From: Centroscyllium fabricii | Lineage: Eukaryota | Assembly (NCBI GenBank): GCA_051313645.2 | Contig: JBNRSN020000003.1 | Span: 422,096,001-422,160,000 of the forward strand | Direction: 5' to 3' | DNA length: 64,000 nt | Part shown: positions 35,402-50,021 of the stretch, one piece after another | How positions within the stretch are numbered: position 1 is the first letter of the stretch | Layout: each line of letters starts with the position of its first letter | The notes under the pieces: generated by a model | Databases searched by the model: none | Seen by the model: the letters and a program-made list of their open reading frames with translations, nothing else | Told to the model about the DNA's origin: nothing | Position numbers and translations under genes: made by a program

Positions 35402-37415
35402 GGCCCAGAAATTCGGCTCTGAACGCGGGAGTAGTACGCACGGAGCAGTAGGCCCATCAAGAGTGCCGGTTTCGTGCATGCATTGCGTATGCGTGCGAAA
35501 CCGGGACTTCCGTTCTCCCGAACTAAGGGGTTAAGAGGTGAAGCGCATGCGCGGGAGTGGCAGCGTATGCACATTGAACATGCGCTTTAAAAAAAATTAT
35601 ATATATATTTTTTTAAACAGGATTTTCTGTCTGGATAAGTGTGTATATTTTACACTTGAAAAAAGCAGGTGTAAGGCCTGCTTTTAACAAGGTAAGTGGT
35701 GAATTAATTCAAATTAAAACATTTTTCCCCACAGGTTTATTATTTTTAAATACTCTAAAAGGAAGGTAAGTTTATTTTATGCCCAATTAGAAAATAATTA
35801 ATTTTTTCAAAAATTTAAATTATTGTTTAAAAGTTATTTCATGTAATTTATAGTTATTTTAAAAATGTGTTTTTTAAAAATTTATTTGAAGTTTTAATGA
35901 TGTTTTGAGGCTTGTAAAATTCATAGTTTTGACAGCACTCCCTGTCAAACTTATGAATGGAGCATTCTCTGCTCAGATTGGCTCTCCATGGCCCACGTGA
36001 TCCCAGGGGACGCATCACACTGGGAAAATTGATCAGGGAGAACCAGTAGATGTGGTGTACTTAGATTTTCAGAAGGCGTGCGACAAGGTCCCGCACAAGA
36101 GATTAGCATGTAAAGTTAGGGCACATGGAATTGGGGGCAAGTTATTGACTTGGATTGAGAACTGGTTGGCGGACAGAAAGCAGAGAGTAGGAGTAAATGG
36201 GTCTTTTTCCGAGTGGCAGGCAGTGACTAGTGGAGTACCGCAGGGATCGGTCCAGGGACCCCAGCTATTCACAATATACATTAATGATTTAGAAAAGGGA
36301 ACTAAATGTCATGTCTCCAAGTTAGCAGATGACACAAAGCTGGGAGGGCGTGTGTGCTGCGAGGAGGATACCAGGAAGCTCCAGGATGATTTGGACAGGT
36401 TGGGCAAGTGGGCTGAGACGTGGCAGATGCAGTATAATGTGGATAAATGCGAGGTTATCCACTTTGGGGGCAAAAACAGAAATGCCGACTATTATCTGAA
36501 TGGCAATAGATTGGGAGAAGGGGAAGTACAACGCGACATGGGTGTCCTTGTGCACCAGTCACTGAAGGTGAGCGTGCAGGTGCAGCAGGCGGTTAAGAAG
36601 GCAAATGGTATGTTGGCCTTCATAGCGAAAGGGTTCGAGTACAGGAACAGGGAGGTCTTGCTGCAGTTGTACAGGGCCTTGGTGAGACCACACCTTGAGT
36701 ACTGTGTGCAATTTTGGTCTCCTTATCTAAGGAAGGACGTTCTTGCCATGGAGGGAGTGCAGAGAAGATTCACCGGGCTGATACCTGGGATGGCAGGAAT
36801 GACGTATGAGGAGAGACTGGGTAGACTGAGTTTGTACTCTCTGGAGTTTAGAAGACTGAGAGGGGATCTCATTGAAACGTATAAAATTCTAACTGGTCTG
36901 GACAAACTTGATGCAGGAAGAATGTTCCTGATGATCGGAGAGTCCAGAACCAGGGGTCATAGTCTAAGGATAAGGGGTAACTCATTTAGGACAGAGATGA
37001 GGAGGAATTTCTTCACCCAGAGAGTGGTGAACCTGTGGAATTCTCTGCCGCAGAGGGCGGTGGAGGCTACTTCATTCAATATATTCAAGAAGGAGCTGGA
37101 TGTATTTCTTAAGGCTAAAGGGATCAAGGTAATGGGGAGAAGGCAGGGACAGGGTACTGAGTTTGGACGATCAGCCATGATCTCATTGAATGGCGGAGCA
37201 GGCTCAAGGGGCCGAATGGCCTACTCCTGCTCCCGTCTTCTATGTATCTATGCACTAACTGCGTCGCTGAGACACGCAAGCACTGCGCACCGGCAGTTGG
37301 AGTAGGCACAGGAATGGAATTCCACACGGGCCCACAGCTCAACGGCCGGCGCGCAAGGTAAATGCAGGTTGGAGGCTTGCACACGCAGGAAGCCTCCGAC
37401 CCCAATTTCTGTGCC
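35402..37415 (+). mobile_element. Harbinger-like MITE hosting a CR1 insertion
   Basis: Ends ggcccagaaatt / aatttctgtgcc with flanks AAT/ATT; AT-rich core as in 4033-4788. Confidence 0.7.
36025..37251 (+). mobile_element. 5'-truncated CR1 (HER1-like) LINE, RT C-terminal region nearly intact (ORF 36052..37305)
   Basis: YLDFQKA.DKVPH, SGVPQGS, ADDTK, RPHLEYCVQFWSP, RTRGH, WNSLP; a frameshift near the end runs the ORF into the 3' UTR; (tatgtatc) tail. Confidence 0.95.
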
Positions 37416-40119
37416 ATTATATTTCAGTCCAAAGTATATTTCAGAATAAATCCCTTTTTTTTTTTAGGTGGGGGAGGGAAAAGATTACATTTGCCAAATT
37501 TTAATAAATGTCATCTTTACTTTAAATCAAATGCTGTGCAACTAAAATACAGAATATGAACAATGAAATGCCAAATGTATTCCACTCAACCAGAAGGTGT
37601 ATTTGACCAGCGCCGTCGTCCTCAATCTCAGAATAAATCCGATCCCTCCAGACACATTAGCTTGCCCTTTGAACTCGGTCAGCCGTCTTTAAAATTTAAG
37701 TTGAACTACAAAAATGACTTTAAAATTCCAATTTTAACCCTTGAATTGGATACAAAAGCAGGTATTTGGATGCACCACAAGCATTTTGGTGACTTCTTGC
37801 TCTGCCTTATTGTGTGGCCAACTGCAAATAATAGTTGAATTTGATAATTACAATCCGTGAACTGAAACAAAAGACAAAACTATAGTACAATTTGTAAACC
37901 ATTGCGGTTACTGCCAGCAGGTATTATGAACCCACAGTCTCTACCCAACAACATACCATTGTTAATTATCCAATGGAATGAAGTAAAAATTCAGAAAGAT
38001 TGAGATGTACTGACTAGAAGGAAACTGGCTGTTTCTCACTTTTCATGTTTTGTCTTAATTTAAAAAACACACTAAACATGGAGAAGATATATGCTAAATT
38101 GAGAATGACTTTGTTCAAGTGATTAGTATTTGAGAGAGACAACAGTCTTTGTCTGGGTTTTTAAACTTCCTTCTCCCTCTACTCTTCGTTCTTGTGCTAA
38201 TTCCAGGCAGGTTTTTTTGCCCCCTCCAATTCAAGCATCAGCAACACCTTCGAGATGGAAACGTGGCCAACAATGCTGCAGAATCTGAACAATGTACCAT
38301 CACCAGATTAAACCAACAGGAGAAACTCTCAGTGAACAGCACATTCACAACCAGCTTGCTGGGCGTTAGCAAACGGATTCTCTCATTTTGCCAATCTGTT
38401 GGGCTAGTTTACCATGGTCAAATCCTTCCCACCAAGCAGCCGGCTGAGAACTGTCAAACTAATCACACATTACACTCTGTCACTGAATGTATGCTGAACC
38501 ACAGCCATCATTTACATCAAGATCTGGAGCGGATCCCAGACTGCTCATTGCAGACAGGTTTACAAGCCAAGCCACCATCAGAATTTCTCCTTTCAGTTAC
38601 ACAAGATATTTATTTTTAAACTTCACTATGTTAGCAGTGTAGAATTTTTTTTTAAAACAATCATTTTAAATGTTGCTAAATAATAAACCTCTGTACAATT
38701 ACAGAAACAGGCAATGGAAAAAAAATCTGTCGTAGCTACAAACCCTTAAGCACCACAGTATATACCATGGTACAGTTGACACATACAAAAGCTGCCGTTT
38801 GGAACGCTCATGTAAATTTAAGTCATACAGATGGTAAAGTTTCAGCTTTCTTTGTTGCCGGGTAAATATAAAATCATACTACAGGTATTCCAGAACACAA
38901 GAATCCTGCAAAGAATTTGAGATGGCACGCAAGGATTTTCTGTGCATCTTATGAGACATATAGCACTGTGAAAATACAAGGTCTTGTGCATATAAAAAGG
39001 CTCAATTATGACCGTTCCATGCCGATTATAATTCACAGTTATCACTATAATGAAAGAGACAGTGTAACTGGGGATATTGTGTTGTAATATTAGAATATAG
39101 CTGATAGCTAATTTTCCTCTAGTCTATCAAAACAATTCAGCACCAACCCCCCCTCCCACCCCAAGCAAAATTAAATGCATGTCCTGTCATGTCTAATACA
39201 CCTTCAAGTAATGAATCAGAAAATTCGCAATATCCTTTGCTTTAAGTTATATTTCAAACGTACACCAGGAAATCTCTGGAAATAATAATACTGCTGCAAG
39301 AAAACAGAAAATAAATTTAAAAAATAAAAATTCTCCATCTGGGTATGTTATGAATGATACCCGAAAGAAAATATGAGGCAGTAATCCAAACATAGGGTTC
39401 AGATAACTAACAGTTGACAAAAGCTTTGTTTTTTTGAGTTTATGAGGTCATCTGCACCCCTTAATTTGATTACTTAAGGGTTGTCGTCATCGTTTTGTAG
39501 ATTATGACATCCCTAATTGCAAATACTTCCTGCCGGCTGACTAGCAACATTAGATGACAGGAACATTTTCAGCATCAAGGCTCTTGCACTGAATATTTGT
39601 CATGATCCTATTATTCAAGGCTACTTGCATTAATACTTATAATACATGCACAGATGATCACAGGTTGGGTTGCAACTGATTACAGTTGATTGCAGAAGTT
39701 ATTTCACAATGATTGAAGACCCATGTGGTTCCTCTCCTGATAGAAATAACAGTTTATTCAAGTTGCAGTGCCTGACAAACGTATGCGTTTCTGAAAACAG
39801 AATATACAAGAATGTGAGTAGAGTGCCTTGGAGCCCTAACAGACTGCTCAACAAAATAATGGGAGGTGGGCTAATGTCTGAAAGCTCCTGAAGAGAAGCT
39901 ACATAAACATCAACAACTGTAGTTGGTACATCAGTGAGACCAGAAAAAAAGGGGAGTAAACAATGGGGTGGGGGTTTAAACCAGAATTCAGAGTGGGGCA
40001 AATATTTTAAATTGTTTACGAAAAATACATTTGTATTTAAATAGCATCAAATCTCTCAGACATCTCAGATACACACAATAACTTGTGGGTCAATACGCTG
40101 GACATGCCAGGTACAGAAA

Positions 40120-40340
40120 CATAACGTCTTAAAATGGAGGAAAGAGAGGCGGAGAGGTTTAGGCAGAGAATTCGAGAGCTCAGGGCCTTGGCAGCTGAAG
40201 GCACAGCCACCAATGGTTGAGTGATTAAAATCATAGATGCTCAAAATGCCATAATTAGAGGAGCGCAGATATCTCGGGGGGGGGGGCGGGTGGTTGTAGG
40301 GTTCGAGGAGATTAGAGAGATACGGAGGGGCAAGTGAGAT
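40120..40340 (-). mobile_element. L2-clade LINE fragment
   Basis: LAPPYLSNLL.PYN....YLRSS...TIGGCAFS; homologous to 48400-48560. Confidence 0.7.
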
Positions 40341-41559
40341 CATCTGTTTTTGGCCGAGGAAGAATGTTGAATGGTGCACCAGGAGAACTTCCTGTTTTTC
40401 TTTGAATAGCGCCATTAGATCTTTTAATTTCACTGAAACCACTGAGCAGGGATCTCTATCAGTGGCTCGATGTAACTGACCTCAGGAGAAGAAATATTTC
40501 TCATCAGTGACTTTGCTACAGTAAGCAACAATTTTAACAGCTGGCTTGAACATTTAATTAATGGTTTATCTTCACAGGCTTACATTACTGACTTTCTTGT
40601 GTGGGTAATAAAAAGACCAGTTATGTGGGACAGAGGTGGCCATGACAATAAAAGCTTACTATTCACATTGTTTCAGATGCTGATGTGGGCCCTTGTCTGG
40701 GAAGTAGCACCACGTGGGCCTTCTGTGCAATAGCAGTCCTATCCACCCAGTCATAACATTTTTAATTCCTGAAAATAATTCTCAGCTTCATTAGATATAT
40801 GTGTGTTTTTCTGATCTTTGAAAACAGCCTGGGATGTAGTCCTAGTTAAAAACATCCAGGTGACAGGGCTAAAATAGGGGGAAAAAACAGAGTGCTTATC
40901 TTCTAAGGACATTACTGACAAATTGCGTGGTGCAGGAATAAAGAATTACCTTCTGTATTTTTTCATTAGACTTTTCTTTTGTAACCGAATACATAAATCC
41001 ATTGTGGCACAATGTTATATGTATCATCTTGCTACACCTGCAGACGTTTCATAAAGGCTGCCATGTCTCTGCAGTCAGAAATGATAAGTGAACCACCCGT
41101 GAATGTTAATGATAGTGATCATTCTGAGGTAACTGTGCTCTCCATCTTCCTCTACAGCTTCAGCGGCAGATCCAGGGTGGCAGGGTTTATTGGAATAAAA
41201 TGAAAATAACATACAAGGAAATTGCCACAAAATGCAACAGAAAAGTTACGATTATAATAAGCCTCCATGAAAGATATTATGCTGTCACCATCAAAAAAAT
41301 AGAAAATATAATGCTACCATTATGTCCAAATTAACTGTAAATTATGTAATTTCCGGTCAAACTATAAACTTCAAATACCTACTTTATTTGTTTTCTTAAA
41401 ATTATTGCAAACTGGAACCTTTTTGTAAAATTAAATCCCATTTTTGGTTTACTGCAGATGTAATGAAGCTTGTTTAGCATCTTGGAATGCAATTTTTGAA
41501 GCTATAGTTACCACTTTGAATCATTTACCATTTGGAAGTGAACTCTAGGTCGAAGCAGC

Positions 41560-41768
41560 AGAACTCACTGCCTGAAAGGGTGGTCGAGGCAGGAACGCTC
41601 ACAACATTCAAGAAACATTTAGACGAGCACTTGAAATGCCATAGCATACAAGACAACGGACCAAGTGCTGGAAAATGGGATTAGAATAGACAGGGCTTGA
41701 TGGCCGGCGCAGACACGATGGCCGAAGGGCCTCTTTCTGTGCTGTATAACTCCAAGATTTTGATTCTA
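41560..41768 (+). mobile_element. CR1 3' tail (subfamily A)
   Basis: Near-identical to 54492-54690. Confidence 0.88.
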
Positions 41769-41984
41769 AGTGGGACCGAATGTTATCCTAGATTATTGCC
41801 TTAACCTCCGATCTGGGGGTCAAAATACTATTTTCTGACCCAGGGTAAGTGCGTTATCAACTGAGCAAAGCAGATAGCTAATGCATGGCAATTATGATGG
41901 TCTTCCATTGAAACAAATTTTAATGGGTATCTGACATGCATGGAAATCCATTGCCATGCTCAAGAATCTCCAAAATAAAATAAT

Positions 41985-42685
41985 GGGTCAGAAATTGCTG
42001 CAGCATCTGCCGTTAATTGAAGTTGCCCCATGCACCTCAAAATGTTTGCCCCAAAAAGTTGGTGAAAGTGCGAGCTGATACAGCGAAGGAAATAGGGTAT
42101 CTGGGAGTGGAGTAAACAGGGCAAACAACAGGGTATCTCCTTAACCAATAAGATTTAAGATTGAGAAATAAACACAGGAAGGAATGAGAAGGAGGGCGAA
42201 TTCAATGTCAAATCAGGTACAGAAAGAGAAATAGAGAGGGAAAGAAAGACTTGATTGAGAGAGAGAAAAACAGAAAGGAAAAAAATAAAACAATTTTTAC
42301 ATTAAAAATTTGAAAATCTCCCTGAAAAATTCGAAACCTGAAGTAAATGAGACTCCCCACTTGTAATAGTTAATTTTCAGTGCCAGAGAGGTTGATTGGC
42401 AGTAATTAACCCATACAATCTTGTTAAAAGGGTACTTACGCTTGTAAGGACAAGACTTAATTTTCAGGGCAAATTTAATGGGCAATTAATGGGCTAATAC
42501 AGCAAGGTTTTGAAAAAGAAAATCAGGGAGGCCAAGGACGAGATGCTATTTCGCAAAGCTCACAGAGGAGTGGCGCAACTTGGACAGCAACTTTTGGATA
42601 TTCACATTTAACTGCGCATCTGCTCCTCGCCTGAAGTTGCTGTGCCGTTTAACCCATAAATAACAGCAAGTGCAAATTCTGACCC
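41985..42685. mobile_element. Harbinger-like MITE
   Basis: TIR gggtcagaaattgc / gcaaattctgaccc; flanks aat/aag. Confidence 0.7.
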
Positions 42686-43339
42686 AAGAGGAATCTACAG
42701 AGGTATAATTTTTGCATGTTCAACGAAGAGTATTTTACTCACATGACAGGCAACTTAACCAGTTTCAAGTTGGCAAGAATCAAGGCTTAGGAATCCCCAA
42801 CTGTTTGCAGTAATAACCAGTTAAAACCATGCAGAACACCAGTAAGCTTTCGGCTGTTTTTCCAGGGAGGACCACATTAGTGTATTAGCTTGCAGTAATC
42901 TTGAAACGAGTGGGAAAAATCCCAGCCCCCCAGTAACATGCCTACCCTCCAGGTCACATTAATAAGCTAAGCTGGCTGGTCAACCATCCTAGAGTATTGA
43001 GGATCTGCCTGGTGAAGGTATTAGATTGGATTATTGAGTCTGCCACAAAGAGTTAATTCAGTTCCAACCTTGCAGCCATTTCAACCCCAAAGACAACCTG
43101 CCAACACCCTTCCCAAGAGGATACTCACATGAACTAAAACCAAAACCATTCTTGGAATGCTTGTTCATTAGTAAGCTGTTCTTGGAGTGACTTACTGGTG
43201 GTAAAACCTTAAGCTTGCCTTCCAGTGAATGCTGAAACACCACACACCTGCTGCTAGCCATTAAGTTACTTGAAAATCAGAAATGACAATTCACAGAAGT
43301 CAAAAGAATGTGGCAAGTTCATCATCACAGTAATGATAA

Positions 43340-43719
43340 GGGCGGCACGGTGGCACAGTGGTTAGCACTGTTGCCTTACAGCACTAGAGACCCGGGTTCA
43401 AATCCAGCCTCGGGTACCATCGGTGTGGAGTTTGCACATTCTCCCCGTGTCTGCGTGGGTTTCCTCCGGGTGCTCCGGTTTCCTCCCACAGTCCAAAGAT
43501 GTGCGCGTTGGGTTGATTGGCCATGATAAATTGACCCTTAGTGTTTGGGGGATTGAATATGTGGGGTTACGGGGATAGGCTCGATAGGGATCGAGGGATA
43601 TGAGGAGGAGGCAGGGACAAGGTACTGAATCTGAAAGATCAGCCATGATCTCAATGAATGGCGGAGCAGGCTCGAAGGGCCGAATGGCCTACTCCTGCTC
43701 CTATCTTCTATGTTTCTAT
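43340..43719 (+). mobile_element. HE1-like V-SINE
   Basis: Complete head, V-domain and CR1 tail. Confidence 0.92.
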
Positions 43720-43774
43720 TAGGAATCACACCAATAATTTAAGCTACAACAAAGATGATAAAATATATTTTTTT

Positions 43775-43950
43775 TAATGCTGAAAGTGCGCAACAGATCA
43801 GTCAGCATTGGGAAGAGAAAGCTAGATTAATATTTTGGATATGACCTTTCATCAGAACATTTAACCTACATTTCTCTTCAAATGCTGACTAACCTGTTGT
43901 GCATTTCCAGCCTTTACTCTTCAGAATTTTCTGTTTTGATTTTGGATTTA
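43775..43950. mobile_element. Decayed inverted Penelope pseudo-LTR remnant
   Basis: Minus strand ttctgatgaaaggtcata..aaaatattaa (degenerate hammerhead core), followed by the same tail in plus orientation (atgctgactaacctgttgtgcatttccagc). Confidence 0.45.
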
Positions 43951-45632
43951 GAGACTTGTCAGATGTTATTCAAGAATATGTATTAGTTTACAGATTTATT
44001 GCATCACTAATCAGCTTCATAAGACAGCCATCAATCACTAAATGAAGTTTCTTTTCACACACATTAGCTAAAGCTTATAATCAATAATACAGACAAACTA
44101 AATTCAGATCTTTTTATTCTGGTCTTCAGAAATTACTGGGATAATTTTTGTGATAAACTATTCACTGGAACAAACATGAGCCATACATTCTTGCTCTGTC
44201 CAATACCAATTATATTTTCAATGTTCTACATATGCATATCAAAAACCAAACATGTTACTTTTGGCCAAAAGTAGAAATCTGCATTCTATTCGTATTTAAA
44301 AAGTTATCTGTTTTAAGTTAATATAACGTAATTACAGCAATTGCCCATTTCTTTCGATGGTATTTTAAGCTAACTCTGCTTGTGCTCCTAGAAATATGCG
44401 GAAGAAATCAATTCCACTTCCAGTCAGCATTGCAATCACTATGGAAAATGTGGTTGTAACAGACCTTTTTAAATAAGTAAGATGAAAGAAAAAAAACTTG
44501 TTAAAACACATTTCACCAGGAAAATCTGTACTTTATTCAAACCACTTCCCTCTGCAAAATGGACTGGTTTTAAACAAAGCGTTCAATACACTAATGATGG
44601 CACACAGGAGCCAAAGTAACTGGCCTCAGACTGTTCCTTAAAAACACTGCTGCATGACTTTGCCAAAGTCCACAGAACTTGCCAAATTTGGTCATGCCTG
44701 CTTAGCTTGCTCGACTGATTGTGCCAGAAAAGAAAATAAGACACAGATGTATTTGAGCTCTTTGTGGTGCCAGTAAAAGACAGTTAATGGCTTTATCTCA
44801 ACCCTCCCCTCCAGCTGGGCACAGGTGGAGGATAATGAGGGCTCTCTCCCTATTCAAACTCAATTATTTACCAGTCATGATAACCAACATCTTGCACAGA
44901 CAACCACATTAAGCTCGGCATCAAACACACACCAAGAACTACTTCTGCTGACAACCTCTGAGCTTTGCTTACAAACTGAAGTGGGTAATAGTTTTCATTG
45001 GCACAAATTTAACTCTTGACATGTCCCCCAACAGCTTCTGTTGAAATACTTCCTACTGAAACGGTATCCCAGAAACAGACCGACTCGAATGTTTCCGTCA
45101 TTTCAGTTAATCCCGCTTTTCCTATCTGTATTCTTTAAAGTAGCCAACTCATTTTTATTCCTCATTCCACCAACTTGAAATGAAATGGTGCATACAATCT
45201 GGCAAGATATAATAGATTCCATTGGGAGAAACAAATATAATTGAGCTAGGTTTATTTGAAATCGGTTGCTGAGGAAAATGGAATGATGCAAAAAGGTACT
45301 GAAACGACAAAGAACAATTTGGGAGAAATGTAATAAAAAACGGAACCTGCATCCTTTAGCTGAAGGACATATAACTGCTGGTTGACAAAGATCTAAAGCA
45401 TTTTGTTTCATATTTGTAAATATTTGATACATTGGGAATTTAATGTCCTCCATAAACTGTATACTAATTCTAATTACCTTTTGCATTTTAATCTGCATTG
45501 TATATAGATGATGCAATATCAACTGATGTCTGTGCATCCTGGGCCCTAATGTTTTAAATAAATGCCTGGCTCCAGAACAGCTGTCCTGAAACTCACGTTA
45601 GCCAAATAGGTAGCTACTTGTACAACTTATTA

Positions 45633-45874
45633 CAGTAAACTCTTACGTATCCGGCACCCACGGGACTGGGATGGTGCCGGTTGATGAAAAATTACGGCTA
45701 ACAGAGAGGTAGGCCATTTTTAACAAAAAAAATAAAAACCACGGACTAACTCGGCCACCACGGGAAATTCAGAAAAACAAAAAATGGATGGATTCAGCGA
45801 GATTACTGGTTATCTACTTTGCCGGTTATTAAAGAATTCCGGATGATTAAGTGCTGCTTGAACAAGTTTAACTG
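45633..45874. mobile_element. Tigger-like MITE
   Basis: TA|CAGTAAACTC ... AGTTTAACTG|TA; internal atccggcacccacgggactgg and gtgccggtt motifs. Confidence 0.7.
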
Positions 45875-46399
45875 TAATACACTACTGACCAGTTAGTCTA
45901 GAGGACTGAGGAAATTTGATTTTAATGTTATTTAACACTTCAGAGTTAAAATCTGGAAGGGTGCAACAGAAAACTAATTAATATTGTGGTATTACTGGGC
46001 TTTTATACTCGGGGGGGGGGAGAAATTAAAACACACACACACAGAATTGCCTAACCTAGTGCATCAAACTAAATTACATGTTTTAAAACTCTTTAAAATA
46101 TTAATAACACAAAGGGAGACCAGTCAATTCCTGGAGTGCACATCCAGCAACAACTCTCTCCTGTTGTGCCTCATCAGAAGGCTTTCCCAAGAATTTGACA
46201 ATCATTATCATTTACCCCACCCCGCCCGCACATCTCCCTTTCAAGACCAGTCCTCGATGGCAGTTTCACTGGCAGCCGCTTCCCTCTTGCCTATCTTCCC
46301 TAGATAGTATCAAACTGCAAATGAGGCAATTTCTGTCAGCTCTGCTGGAACTACAATGCTGAAAGTCATCAGGAACCACATCCGAATGAGTTTGATGGT

Positions 46400-46687
46400 T
46401 AGTACAACCCCTTATCCGCAATCCAAAAGTTTTTTCGTGGGGCGTCACTCGTGTGCACGACCTGACCCGAATTGCGCCAAACATGACCCGACGCGGCCGA
46501 CGCTTGACCCACGCAGGTGTGAGGCGTCAGTTGTGTCTCAGCGCTGTTACCAGTCTGCTGCTGCTCTGATATTTGTTATTTTGAGTTTAATTTCACTGTG
46601 AAAATAGCAAAATTCTGAAATCCGAAAAATTCCAAAATCCGAAAAACATCTGGTCGCAAGGGTTTCGGATAAAGGGCTGTGTGCCTG
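46400..46687. mobile_element. MER46/Tigger4-like MITE
   Basis: caaccccttatccg ... cggataaagggctgtgtgcctg|TA; repeated aaatccgaaaaa. Confidence 0.65.
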
Positions 46688-48119
46688 TATTTTCTTTGAG
46701 AGAAGACTATGGCGAGAAAAAAAAGTCCAACGGAATTGGATACATATGCAGCTTGTGAACCTTATTCTCGTCATACATAACTTTAAAAACTGTATCCAAC
46801 AGGTCTCTGTTATACATATTTAACTGCAGCATAAATAAAGATCATGCAGACTTTAAAAACAAGAGGGGGGGGGGGGCATGTGAACTCAGTTTCAATAACT
46901 GGAAGTTAATCTTTCGAAAAGTGACATGATCTTCACATCCTTTCAAGTCCTGAGATTTGTATGCGCACAAATTTTGTCGGAACACCAGACTCCATTTTGG
47001 GAGATTTAATTTACAGTACAGTACTGCAACCTAATTTTATCAGGAAAGTATGAAAGTGGTTGTTACTTTCACTTTTTTTTGGTTGGGGTACGGCAGTGCT
47101 GCTTATCCCATCATGGGTTAAGCGCTGTTCTCTAAAATTTTTGACCTCACTGCTTCAACATGATCGAAAGCGTTGTTTTCACATTTCCAGACCCAGGGTT
47201 TTTCCACGACCTTAAGTTACTGGTTCCCTCCTCTTTATTTTTGCAGTCTTCATTTCAAATTAAACATGAAAAAGACTAGACTAGTCCTATTTATCATTTC
47301 AGAGTATTGTACACATGCATCTGCACGTCATTCTGCAAATTTCCAGAAATGTAAAAATCTGGTGGTGGGGGGCGGGGGGGGGGGTGAAATCTTTTTCCAG
47401 ACAGAATCTCCTGCCAAAAAGGAAACCGTGTCAGTTTTACTTATACTAAATCTATGTTAAGTCCATATGTAAGATTTCTGACTGGAACAACAATCTGGAT
47501 TTAGAATAACAAACTATTGTCATGCTCTAAAAATGTAAAGGGCAAGATCTGCAGCTGGCACGCAGCCAGATCAAATACCGGTACACAGTGCAAGGCATTA
47601 ACAAAGCACTTTGGCTCGTAGAAAGACTTTACAGCTGCAGTATCTAATTTCTCAAAGTAAGGAAAGATGACCAATAAAAATTATGAAGCAAAAAAAGTAC
47701 TGCAGCATCAAAATATTTTGAGTTAATCCTAAGGGTATAAAGTAAATAAATCGTTGAACAAATACAGTCACCCTAAAGCACCTCCCTGTTTACACATAAT
47801 TTGGCTGCAAATAAGCTTACAACTGCATTTTCAACATTGTTAATGTTGTATTGGGATTTATCTAGTCTTCTAGGTTACATTGACACATTGGTAAAAGCAT
47901 TTTAAAGTTTGTTGAAGCTTCAAAAAGTAATTTTCCCAAAAATTTGTGTTACGCATGTTTTCCAGTTTTGAGTGCCCTAAAAATGCTCTTTCTCCATCAC
48001 CAAAATATGCAGATAAAAGTTACACATGGGTACAAATAGCTCTCCTGCTCTCAAAGGATTCTACTTTGCATAACAATGTTGATTTATATGAGGACTCTGT
48101 GTTTAGAGCTGAAAGCTCA

Positions 48120-48762
48120 CGACGCCCATCTCCGCCCTTGCCTCAGCTCATCCGCTGCTGAAACCCTCATCCATGCCTTTGTTACCTCTAGAATTGACTA
48201 TTCCAATGGACCCCTGGCTGGCTTCTCACATTCTACCTTACGTAAACGTGGCGATCCAAAACTCTGCTGCCAGTGTCCGAACTCGCACCAAGTCTCGTTC
48301 GCCCATCACCCCTGTGCTCGCTGACCTATACTGGCTCCCGGTTAAGCAACACCTCGATTTCAAAATTCTCACCCTTGTTTTCAAATCCCTCCATGGCCTC
48401 GCCCTTCCCCATCTCTGTAATCTCCTTCAGCCCCACAACACCACCCCCCGCCCCCCCACATATCTGCGCTGCTCCAACTCTGCCCTCGAGCATCCCGAAT
48501 TATAATCGCTCAACCATTGGTGGCTGTGCCTTTTGATGCCGAGGCTCTAAGCTCTGGAATTCCCCTTCTGCCTCTCGTTCCTTCTTTAAGGCGCTCCTTA
48601 AAACCTACCTCTTTGACCAAGCTTTTGGTCATCTGCACGATCTGCCCTATTTCTCCTTATGTGGCTCAGTGTCAAATGTTTGTGTCTTTCAACAGTCCTG
48701 TGAAGTGCCTTGGGATGTTTTACTACGTTAAAGGCGCTGTACAAATACAAGTTGTTGTTGTT
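48120..48762 (+). mobile_element. L2-clade LINE 3' fragment
   Basis: LSSSAAETLIHAFVTSRIDYSN, IQNSAA..RTKSRSPITPVLADLYWLPV; tail aaaggcgctgtacaaatacaa(gtt)n. Confidence 0.9.
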
Positions 48763-49844
48763 GAAAGAAATCGGTATTACAACACACCAAGCAGTATTAA
48801 CCAAGCAGTATTAATCTCCTCACCAGCCCATTAGAATAGGGTCAGTATGTCAACGTTCTGGTTAGTTGAGGTCATCTTTGTTAGTTACGGACAATTGTAC
48901 AAATCTGCTAATATTTGTACTGAGTTATATTAGTTTCAGATTTTTCATTCACAGAATGTCACATAGGTAGGGAAAAAACAGCAGCACTACCAACAAACTA
49001 AGCCAATACCAATTCTGTTCAATCCTAAATATAAATTTATAACAGCTAATTATACCAGTTATTTTCCGAGTGTCTGTTACTCTTACTTTATTTAGCCTGC
49101 CAATAGAACTGCAGTTTCTGACTGCATATTCAACATCAAGGTTGTAGTTCTAACCAATGTATCCCAAAGATCTTATGTAGAATTAAAACGGACGTGAATA
49201 TTTGGTAATTATATAAAAGCATGACCCAACAATATGGACAACTAAAACCAAACACAGCAAATGTTGATCTTAGATTTGAGTTTGTAATCGGGAGAATAAA
49301 ATCAGAAGGATCATTTAAAAATCTTTAAGAAACCATGGCCATAGATATTTGCACAGTTGGCTGCTGACCGTTAAACATGAACTTCAGAGATCCTTAAGAG
49401 AATTCTCCAATATCTCAGGAAACAGCAAGAATGGTACAAAATAAACACTGCAAAGGAAACCCAAGTAATTATAATTAAAAGCAAAATAAAACAGAGATCA
49501 GTCTCGCATGAATGTCACCCCCAGATTAAACTGCTTAAAAAATATAATGCATGTTGCATTGCTGTTTTTACATGTGCTTATTTTGATCAAGTTGGGGAAT
49601 TTGCACAAGGTTCTGCACAGCTGAGAAAAAGGATGTTCTATATTAGCTGCTATTTCTAAAAACAAAATTTCACACATGGTAGAACATCAGTTAACTGGTT
49701 AAACACTTAAAATGCATAATGAAAATTTAACAAACCTATTCAAATGGATTTGCATTCTGCAATGTGCTCTTAACAAAATACAGTAGGACAAAATGAAAGA
49801 CGTGCCCAAGTTGAAATAAAAGGTTAATTTTTTTTTAAACTTAC

Positions 49845-50021
49845 ATTCGAACAAAGAGAGACTGTTTTGTTGCCAGCCCAGGCGGTGAGTACTTCTCAAC
49901 TAGTGCCAGCGTACTGAAGCCGAACTTGTGAATAGGCTCATTGGAATCCAATGGTGGAAAATCTCCATCGACTTCTCCATCGTCCTCAGCAATATGAAGG
50001 CAGTAGACATCCACATTTTCA
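49845..50021 (-). CDS. MAPKAP1: MAPKAP1/SIN1 internal coding exon (177 bp; C-terminal part of CRIM domain; corresponds to human exon ~6)
   Basis: Translates [58 protein letters not shown](I), near-identical to vertebrate SIN1 ([59 protein letters not shown], recalled). Minus-strand acceptor ttcttcactgcag| and donor AT|gtaagt; phase 2-2. Confidence 0.96.

Noticed and set aside
38149-38619. 156-aa ORF with a hydrophobic N-terminus
   Set aside because: Starts at a non-ATG codon, has no recognisable domain, and is antisense within an intron; consistent with chance.
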